Positions 54,040 to 64,000 of a stretch of DNA of 64,000 nucleotides are shown one piece after another. Made by a program: the position numbers and the translations under genes. The stretch spans positions 142,789 through 206,788 of the forward strand of contig JBHGNT010000046.1 in NCBI GenBank assembly GCA_043228905.1, in the 5' to 3' direction. The notes below the pieces were generated by a model that did not search any database, had not been told where the DNA came from, and saw only the letters and a program-made list of their open reading frames with translations. Origin of the DNA: Azolla caroliniana. Lineage: Eukaryota > Plantae > Polypodiophyta. How positions within the stretch are numbered: the stretch's first letter is position 1; the number at the start of each line of letters is the position of its first letter.

Positions 54040-57000
54040 AAATCTTGATTTTCTAATTCGATATCATAGCTAGCGTTGTCAGCTTCGATTCGCATGTTTG
54101 TACACAAAAATCCGATATCACACTCGCCAGGTATGTACATTTTAATTTACCTACTAGCTCTTCCAACCTCACCTCTCAAATTCGGTAATTTCGTCATGTC
54201 TCTCGACCTCAGTTTCAAAATCTTGATATTTTACTTCCATATCATAGCTAGGGTTGTTAGCTTCGATTCGCTTGTTTGAATACAAAAATCCGATATCACA
54301 CTCGCCAGGTATGAACATTTTAACTTACCTACTAGCTCTTCCAACCTCACTCCTCAAATTTGTTAATTTCGTCATGTCTCTCGACCTGAGTTTCAAAATC
54401 TTGATTTTTTAATTCCATATCATAGCTAGCGTTGTTAGCTTCGATTCGCATGTTTGAATACAAAAATCCGATATCACACTCGCCAGGTATGAACATTTTA
54501 ATTTACCTACTAGCTCTTCCAACCTCACTCCTCAAATTTGGTAATTTTGTCATGTCTCTCGACCTAAGTTTTCAAAATCTTGATTTTTTAATTCCATATC
54601 ATAGCTAGCGTTGTTAGCTTCGATTCGCATGTTTGAACACAAAAATCCGATATCACACTCGCCAGGTATGAACATTTTAATTTACCTACTAGCTCTTCCA
54701 ACCTCACTCCTGAAATTTGGTAATTTCGTCATGTCTCTCGACCTGAGTTTCAAAATCTTGATTTTCTAATTCGATATCATAGCTAGCGTTGTTAGCTTCG
54801 ATTCGCATGTTTGTACACAAAAATCCGATATCACACTCGCCAGGTATGAACATTTTAATTTACCTACTAGCTCTTCCAACCTCACTCCTCAAATTTGGTA
54901 ATTTCTTCAAGTCTCTCGACCTGAGTTTCAAAATCTTGATATTTTACTTCCATATCATAGCTAGCGTTGTTAGCTTCGATTCACATGTTTGAACACAAAA
55001 ATCCGATATCACACGACCCAGGTATGAACATTTTAATTTACCTACTAGCTCTTCCAACCTCACTCCTCAAATTTGGTAATTTCGTCATGTCTCTCGACCT
55101 GAGTTTCAAAATCTTGATTTTTTAATTCGATATCATAGCTAGCGTTGTTAGCTTCGATTCGCATTTTTGAACACAAAAATCCGATATCACACGACCCAGG
55201 TATGAACATTTTAATTTACTCAAGGGCTCTTCCCAACTTACTCCTCAAATTTGGTAATTTCGTCATGTCTCTCGACCTAAGTTTTCAAAATCTTGATTTT
55301 TTAATTCCATATCATAGCTAGCGTTGTTAGCTTCGATTCGCATGTTTGAACACAAAAATCCGATATCACACTCGCCAGGTATGAACATTTTAATTTACCT
55401 ACTAGCTCTTCCAACCTCACTCCTGAAATTTGGTAATTTCGTCATGTCTCTCGACCTGAGTTTCAAAATCTTGATTTTCTAATTCGATATCATAGCTAGC
55501 GTTTGTACACAAAAATCCGATATCACACTCGCTAGGTATGAACATTTTAATTTACTCAAGGGCTGCTCTCAACTCACTCCTCAACTTTGGTAATTTCTTC
55601 ATGTCTCTCGACCTGAGTTTCAAAATCTTGATTTTTTAATTCCATATCAGAGCTAGCGTTGTTAGCTTCGATTCGCATGTTTCTACACAAAAATCCGATA
55701 TCACACTCGCTAGGTATGAACATTTTAATTTACTCAAGGGCTCCTCTCAACTCACTCCTCTAATTTGGTAATTTCGTCATGTGTCTCGACCTGAGTTTGA
55801 AAATCTAGATTTTCTAATTCCATATCATAGCTAGCGTTGTTAGCTTTGATTCGCATGTTTGAAAACAAAAATCCGATATCACACTCGCCAGGTATGAACA
55901 TTTTAATTTACCTACTAGCTCTTCCCAACTCACTCCTCAAATTTGCTAATTTCGTCATGTCCCTCGATCTGAGTTTTCAAAATCTTGATTTTTTAATTGC
56001 ATATCATAACTAGCATTGTCAGCTTTGATTCGCATGTTTGTACACAAAAAGCCGATATCACACTTGCTAGGTATGAACATTTTAATTTACTCAAGTGCTC
56101 CTCTTAACTCACTTCTCAAATTTGGTAATTTCGTCATGTCTCTCGACCTGAGTTTCAAAATCTTGATATTTTAATTCCATATCATAGCTAGCATTGTTAG
56201 CTTCGATTTGCACGTTTGAACACAAAAATCCGATATCAGACTCGCCACGTATGAACATTTTAATTTACCTACTAGCTCTTCCCAACTCACTCCTCAAATT
56301 TGGTAATTTCGTCATGTCTCTCGACCTGACTTTCAAAATCTTGATTTTTTAATTCCATATCATAGCTAGCGTTGTCAGCTTTGATTCGCATGTTTGTACA
56401 CAAAAATCCGATATAACACGAGCCAGGTATGAACATTTTAATTTACTCAAGGGCTCCTCTCAACTCACTACTAAAATATGGTAATTTCGTCATGTCTCTC
56501 GACCTGAGTTTCAAAATCTTGATTTTTTAATTCGAAATCATAGGTAGCGTTGTTAGCTTCGATTCGCATGTTTGTACACAAAAATCCGATATCACACTCG
56601 CTAGGTATGAACATTTTAATTTACTCAAGGGCTCCTCTCAACTCACTACTAAAATTTGGTAATTTCGTCATGTCTCTCGACCTGAGTTTCAAAATCTTGA
56701 ATTTTTAATTCCTTATCATAGCTAGCGTTGTTAGCTTCGATTCGCATGTTTGTACACAAAAATCCGATATCACACTCGCCAGGTATGAACATTTTAATTT
56801 ACTCAAGGGCTCGTCTCAACTCACTGCTCAAATCTTGATTTTGTAATTCCATATCATAGCTAGCGTTGTTAGCTTCGATTCGTATGTTTGAATACAAAAA
56901 GCCGATATCACACTCCCCAGGTATGAACATTTTAACTTACCTACTAGCTCTTCCAACGTCACTCCTCAAATTTGGTAATTTCGTCATGTCTCTCGACCTG

Positions 57001-58650
57001 AGTTTCAAAATCTTGATATTTTAATTCCATATCATAGCTACCGTTGTTAGCTTCGATTCGCATGTTTGAACACAAAAATCTGATATCACACTCGCTAGGT
57101 ATGAACATTTTAACTTACCTACTAGCTCTTCCAACCTCACTCCTCAAATTTCGTAATTTCGTCATGTCTCTCGACCTGAGTTTCAAAATCTTGATTTTCT
57201 AATTCGATATCATAGCTAGCGTTGTCAGCTTCGATTCGCATGTTTGTACACAAAAATCCGATATCACACTCGCCAGGTATGTACATTTTAATTTACCTAC
57301 TAGCTCTTCCAACCTCACCTCTCAAATTCGGTAATTTCGTCATGTCTCTCGACCTCAGTTTCAAAATCTTGATATTTTACTTCCATATCATAGCTAGGGT
57401 TGTTAGCTTCGATTCGCTTGTTTGAATACAAAAATCCGATATCACACTCGCCAGGTATGAACATTTTAACTTACCTACTAGCTCTTCCAACCTCACTCCT
57501 CAAATTTGTTAATTTCGTCATGTCTCTCGACCTGAGTTTCAAAATCTTGATTTTTTAATTCCATATCATAGCTAGCGTTGTTAGCTTCGATTCGCATGTT
57601 TGAATACAAAAATCCGATATCACACTCGCCAGGTATGAACATTTTAATTTACCTACTAGCTCTTCCAACCTCACTCCTCAAATTTGGTAATTTTGTCATG
57701 TCTCTCGACCTAAGTTTTCAAAATCTTGATTTTTTAATTCCATATCATAGCTAGCGTTGTTAGCTTCGATTCGCATGTTTGAACACAAAAATCCGATATC
57801 ACACTCGCCAGGTATGAACATTTTAATTTACCTACTAGCTCTTCCAACCTCACTCCTGAAATTTGGTAATTTCGTCATGTCTCTCGACCTGAGTTTCAAA
57901 ATCTTGATTTTCTAATTCGATATCATAGCTAGCGTTGTTAGCTTCGATTCGCATGTTTGTACACAAAAATCCGATATCACACTCGCCAGGTATGAACATT
58001 TTAATTTACCTACTAGCTCTTCCAACCTCACTCCTCAAATTTGGTAATTTCTTCAAGTCTCTCGACCTGAGTTTCAAAATCTTGATATTTTACTTCCATA
58101 TCATAGCTAGCGTTGTTAGCTTCGATTCACATGTTTGAACACAAAAATCCGATATCACACGACCCAGGTATGAACATTTTAATTTACCTACTAGCTCTTC
58201 CAACCTCACTCCTCAAATTTGGTAATTTCGTCATGTCTCTCGACCTGAGTTTCAAAATCTTGATTTTTTAATTCGATATCATAGCTAGCGTTGTTAGCTT
58301 CGATTCGCATTTTTGAACACAAAAATCCGATATCACACGACCCAGGTATGAACATTTTAATTTACTCAAGGGCTCTTCCCAACTTACTCCTCAAATTTGG
58401 TAATTTCGTCATGTCTCTCGACCTAAGTTTTCAAAATCTTGATTTTTTAATTCCATATCATAGCTAGCGTTGTTAGCTTCGATTCGCATGTTTGAACACA
58501 AAAATCCGATATCACACTCGCCAGGTATGAACATTTTAATTTACCTACTAGCTCTTCCAACCTCACTCCTGAAATTTGGTAATTTCGTCATGTCTCTCGA
58601 CCTGAGTTTCAAAATCTTGATTTTCTAATTCGATATCATAGCTAGCGTTC
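54040..58650. repeat. Interspersed block duplication ~54040-55500 to ~57190-58650 (offset 3146)
   Basis: Identical pseudo-ORFs 54076->57222 and 54789->57935. Rare variants gtatgtacat and cacctctcaaattcgg are shared. Confidence 0.85.
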
Positions 58651-61590
58651 TTAGCTTCGATTCGCATGTTTGTACACAAAAATCCGATATCACACTCGCC
58701 AGGTATGAACATTTTAATTTACCTACTAGCTCTTCCAACCTCACTCCTCAAATTTGGTAATTTCTTCAAGTCTCTCGACCTGAGTTTCAAAATCTTGATA
58801 TTTTACTTCCATATCATAGCTAGCGTTGTTAGCTTCGATTCACATGTTTGAACACAAAAATCCGATATAACACGAGCGAGGTATGAACATTTTAATTTAC
58901 TCAAGGGCTGCTCTCAACTCACTACTCAAATTTGGTACTTTGGTCATGTCTCTTGACCTGAGTTTCAAAATCTTGATATTTTACTTCCATATCATAGCTA
59001 GCGTTGTTAGCTCCGATTCGCATGTTTGAACACAAAAATCCGATATCACACGAGCCAGGTATGAACATTTTAATTTACTCCAGGGCTCCTGTAAACTCCC
59101 TCCTCATGTTTGCTAATTTCGTCATGTCTCTCGACCTGAGTTTCAAAATCTTGATTTTTTAGTTCAATATCATAGCTAGTTTTTTAGCTTCGATTCACAT
59201 GTTTGAACACAAAAATCCGATATCACACTCGCTAGGTATGAACATTTTAATTTACTCAAGTGCTCCTCTCAACTCACTACTCAAATTTGGTAATTTGTTC
59301 ATGTCTCTCGACCTGAGTTTCAAAATCTTGATTTTTTAATTCCATATCATAGCTAGCGTTATTAGCTTCGATTCGCATGTATGTACACAAAAATCCGATA
59401 TCAAACTCGCTAGGTATGAACATTTTAATTTACTCAAGGGCTCCTCTCAACTCACTACTCAAATTTGTTAATTTTGTCATGTCTCTTGACCTGAGTTTCA
59501 AAATCTTGATATTTTACTTTCATATCAGAGCTAGCGTTGTTAGCTTCGATTCGCATGTTTGTACACAAAAAGCCGATATCACACTCGCTAGGTATGAACA
59601 TTTTAATTTACTCAAGGGCTCCTCTCAACTCACTCCTCTAATTTGGTAATTTCGTCATGTCTCTCGACCTGAGTTTCAAAATCTTGATTTTTTAATTCCA
59701 TATCATAGCTAGCGTTGTCAGCTTTGATTCCCATGTTTGTACACAAAAATCCGATATAACACTTGCTAGGGATAAACATTTTAATTTACTCAAGTGCTCC
59801 TCTCAACTCACTTCTCAAATTTGGTAATTTCGTCATGTCTCTCGAACTGAGTTTCAAAATCTTGATTTTTTAATTCCATATCATAGCTAGCGTTATCAGC
59901 TTTGATTCGCATGTTTGTACACAAAAATCCGATATCACACTCGCTAGGTATGAACATTTTAATTTACTCAAGGGCTGCTCTCAACTCACTCCTCAACTTT
60001 GGTAATTTCTTCATGTCTCTCGACCTGAGTTTCAAAATCTTGATTTTTTAATTCCATATCAGAGCTAGCGTTGTTAGCTTCGATTCGCATGTTTCTACAC
60101 AAAAATCCGATATCACACTCGCTAGGTATGAACATTTTAATTTACTCAAGGGCTCCTCTCAACTCACTCCTCTAATTTGGTAATTTCGTCATGTGTCTCG
60201 ACCTGAGTTTGAAAATCTAGATTTTCTAATTCCATATCATAGCTAGCGTTGTTAGCTTTGATTCGCATGTTTGAAAACAAAAATCCGATATCACACTCGC
60301 CAGGTATGAACATTTTAATTTACCTACTAGCTCTTCCCAACTCACTCCTCAAATTTGCTAATTTCGTCATGTCCCTCGATCTGAGTTTTCAAAATCTTGA
60401 TTTTTTAATTGCATATCATAACTAGCATTGTCAGCTTTGATTCGCATGTTTGTACACAAAAAGCCGATATCACACTTGCTAGGTATGAACATTTTAATTT
60501 ACTCAAGTGCTCCTCTTAACTCACTTCTCAAATTTGGTAATTTCGTCATGTCTCTCGACCTGAGTTTCAAAATCTTGATTTTTTAATTTCATATCATAGC
60601 TTCGATTCGCATGTTTGAACACAAAAATCCGATATCAGACTCGCCACGTATGAACATTTTAATTTACCTACTAGCTCTTCCCAACTCACTCCTCAAATTT
60701 GGTAATTTCGTCATGTCTCTCGACCTGACTTTCAAAATCTTGATTTTTTAATTCCATATCATAGCTAGCGTTGTCAGCTTTGATTCGCATGTTTGTACAC
60801 AAAAATCCGATATAACACGAGCCAGGTATGAACATTTTAATTTACTCAAGTGCTCCTCTCAACTCACTACTAAAATATGGTAATTTCGTCATGTCTCTCG
60901 ACCTGAGTTTCAAAATCTTGATTTTTTAATTCGAAATCATAGGTAGCGTTGTTAGCTTCGATTCGCATGTTTGTACACAAAAATCCGATATCACACTCGC
61001 TAGGTATGAACATTTTAATTTACTCAAGGGCTCCTCTCAACTCACTACTAAAATTTGGTAATTTCGTCATGTCTCTCGACCTGAGTTTCAAAATCTTGAA
61101 TTTTTAATTCCTTATCATAGCTAGCGTTGTTAGCTTCGATTCGCATGTTTGTACACAAAAATCCGATATCACACTCGCCAGGTATGAACATTTTAATTTA
61201 CTCAAGGGCTCGTCTCAACTCACTGCTCAAATCTTGATTTTGTAATTCCATATCATAGCTAGCGTTGTTAGCTTCGATTCGTATGTTTGAATACAAAAAG
61301 CCGATATCACACTCCCCAGGTATGAACATTTTAACTTACCTACTAGCTCTTCCAACGTCACTCCTCAAATTTGGTAATTTCGTCATGTCTCTCGACCTGA
61401 GTTTCAAAATCTTGATATTTTAATTCCATATCATAGCTACCGTTGTTAGCTTCGATTCGCATGTTTGAACACAAAAATCTGATATCACACTCGCTAGGTA
61501 TGAACATTTTAACTTACCTACTAGCTCTTCCAACCTCACTCCTCAAATTTCGTAATTTCGTCATGTCTCTCGACCTGAGTTTCAAAATCT
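55510..61590. repeat. Interspersed block duplication ~55510-57190 to ~59920-61590 (offset 4412, then 4399)
   Basis: Shared gaaaatctagattttc (55799/60211) and a shared 40-bp deletion (~56830/~61230). The offset changes by 13 at the deletion at ~60600. Confidence 0.85.
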
Positions 61591-64000
61591 TGATTTTTTA
61601 ATTCCATATCATAGCTAGCGTTGTCAGCTTCGATTCGCATGTTTGAACACAATAATCCGATATCACACTCGCCAGGTATGAAAATGTTAATTTTCCTACT
61701 AGCTCTTCCCAACTCACTCCTCAAATTTGGTAATTTCGTCATGTCTCTCGACCTTAGTTTTCAAAATCTTGATTTTTTAATTCCATATCATAGATAGCGT
61801 TGTCAGCTTCGATTCGCATGTATGTACACAAAAATCCGATATCACACGAGCCAGGTATGAACATTTTAATTTACCTACGAGGTCTTCCCAACTTACTCCT
61901 CAAATTTGGTAATTTCGTCACGTCTCTCGACCTGAGTTTTCAAATTCTTGATTTTTTAATTCAATATCATAGATAGCGTTGTCTCTCGACCTGAGTTTCA
62001 AAATCTTGATTTTTTAAATCCTGATCATAGCAAGCGTTGTTAGCTTCGATTCGCATGTTTGTACACAAAAATCCGATATCACACTCGCCAGGTATGAACA
62101 TTTTAATTTACTCAAGGGCTCGTCTCAACTCACTCCTCAAATTTGGTAATTTCGTCATGTCTCTCGATCTGAGTTTCAAAATCTAGATTTTGTAATTCCA
62201 TATCATAGCTAGCGTTGTTAGCTTCGATTCGTATGTTTGAATACAAAAATCCGATATCACACTCCCCAGGTATGAACATTTTAACTACCTACTAGCTCTT
62301 CCAACCTCACTCCTCAAATTTCGTAATTTCGTCATGTCTCTCGACCTCAGTTTCAAAATCTTGATATTTTACTTCCATATCATAGCTAGCATTGTTAGCT
62401 TCGATTTGCATGTTTGAACACAAAAATCCGATATAACACGAGCCAGGTATGAACATTTTAATTTACTCAAGGGCTCCTCTCAACTCACTACTCAAATTTG
62501 GTAATTTCGTCATGTCTCTTGACCTGAGTTTCAAAATCTTGATATTTTACTTCCATATCATAGCTAGCGTTGTTAGCTTCAATTCGCATGTTTGAACACA
62601 AAAATCCGATATCACACGAGCCAGGTATGAATATTTTAATTTACTCAAGGGCTCCTCTAAACTCCCTCCTCATGTTTGCTAATTTCGTCATGTCTCTCGA
62701 CCTGAGTTTCAAAATCTTGATTTTTTAGTTCAATATCATAGCTAGTTTATTTAGCTTCGATTCACATGTTTGAACACAAAAATCCGATATCACACAAGCC
62801 AGGTATGAACAATTTAATTTACTCAAGGGCTCCTCTAAACTCGCTCCTCATGTTTGCTAATTTCTTCATCTCTGTCGACCTGAGTTTCAAAATCTTGATT
62901 TTTTAATTCTATATCATAGGTAGCGTTGTTAGCTTCGATTCGCATGTTTGTACACAAAAATCCGATATCACACTCGCTAGGTATGAACATTTTAATTTAC
63001 TCAAGTCCTCCTCTCAACTCACTACTCAAATTTGGTAATTTCGTCATGTCTCTCGACCTGAGTTTCAAATTCTTGATTTTTTAATTCCATATCATAGCTA
63101 GCATTGTTAGCTCCGATTCGCATGTTTGAACACAAAAATCCGATATCACACTCGCCAGGTATGAACATTTTAATTTACCTACTAGCTCTTCCCAACTCAC
63201 TCCTCTAATTTGCTAATTTTGTCATGTCTCTCGACCTGAGTTTCAAAATCTTGATTTTTTAATTCCATATCATAGGTAGTGTTGTTAGCTTCGATTCGCA
63301 TGTTTGAACACAAAAATCGGATATCACACGAGCCAGGTATGAACAATTTAATTTACTCAAGGGCTCCTCTAAACTCCCTCCTCATGTTTGCTAATTTCGT
63401 CATGTCTCTCGACCTGAGTTTCAAAATCTTGATTTTTTAATTCCATATCAGAGCTAGCGTTATTAGCTTCGATTCGCATGTTTCTACACAAAAATCCGAT
63501 ATCACACTCGCTAGGTATGAACATTTTAATTTACTCAAGGGCTCCTCTCAACTCACTCCTCTAATTTGCTAATTTCGTCATGTCTCTCGACCTGAGTTTC
63601 AAAATCTTGATTTTTTAATTCCATATCATAGGTAGTGTTGTTAGCTTCGATTCGCATGTTTGAACACAAAAATCCGATATCACACGAGCCAGGTATGAAC
63701 ATTTTAATTTACTCAAGGGCTCCTCTAAACTCCCTCCTCATGTTTGCTAATTTCGTCATGTCTCTCGACCTGAGTTTCAAAATCTTGATTTTTTAATTCC
63801 ATATCAGAGCTAGCGTTGTTAGCTTCGATTCGCATGTTTGTACACAAAAATCCGATATCACACTCGCTAGGTATGAACATTTTAATTTACTCAAGGGCTC
63901 CTCTCAACTCACTCCTCTAATTTGGTAATTTCGTCATTTCTCTCAACCTGAGTTTCAAAATCTAGATTTGATTCGCATTCGCGTTGTTAGCTTCGATTCG

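Larger units (their letters stand above)
1..64000. repeat. 178-bp tandem satellite DNA array (~360 monomers, single orientation), likely centromeric/pericentromeric
   Basis: Consensus aatccgatatcacacgagccaggtatgaacattttaatttactcaagggctcctctcaactcactcctcaaatttggtaatttcgtcatgtctctcgacctgagtttcaaaatcttgattttttaattccatatcatagctagcgttgttagcttcgattcgcatgtttgaacacaaa recurs every 178 bp (cgata at 5 and at 26171 = 147 x 178 later). It runs off both window ends. The centromeric assignment is inferred from monomer length and HOR organisation only. Confidence 0.99.
50126..64000. repeat. Satellite domain 3: more diverged subfamily (tacctactagctcttccaacctc, gatattttacttcc, tgtacac, ctcgctagg) with many indels
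   Basis: New diagnostic variants appear abruptly after the 11-bp deletion at ~50130. It contains deletions of 13, 21, 40, 40 and 120 bp, a net -10 bp replacement and several +/-1 indels. Confidence 0.85.

Noticed and set aside
61-61742. Recurrent 61-126 aa ORFs on both strands
   Set aside because: They are translations of 1-2 satellite monomers that open only when variants remove stops. They overlap antisense to each other, mostly lack true ATG starts and resemble no domain I recognise. They were used only as HOR markers.
1-64000. CRISPR-like array (conserved part plus variable part)
   Set aside because: The variable block has only a few related recurring alleles and no unique spacers. The period is 178 bp and no cas genes are present.
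1-64000. Embedded transposon, inversion, telomeric repeat or 5S rDNA unit
   Set aside because: No non-satellite stretch, strand switch, telomeric repeat run or 5S-like sequence was seen. Every phase break is explained by a small indel.

Overview
The whole 64-kb window is one uninterrupted, single-orientation, head-to-tail array of a 178-bp satellite, about 360 monomers at about 38% GC (hand count of the consensus). Length and organisation resemble eukaryotic (plant-type) centromeric/pericentromeric satellite. It does not match Arabidopsis CEN178 as I recall it, and I cannot name the family or species. I found no genes, transposons or CRISPR arrays; all listed ORFs are by-products of monomer variants that remove stop codons. 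The structure of interest is in the array's history. (i) There are three domains with distinct variant sets: 1-~37.5 kb, ~37.5-50.1 kb and 50.1-64 kb. (ii) Nested higher-order duplications of 2, 3, 4, 7, 8, 9, 12, 22, 46 and 53/75 monomers occur, and some can be ordered by shared SNPs. (iii) The right-hand domain is more diverged, with non-tandem block duplications, microhomology-flanked deletions, a locally templated insertion and perfected palindromes. Offsets come from marker motifs and the ORF track. Block boundaries are approximate because they were read by eye.
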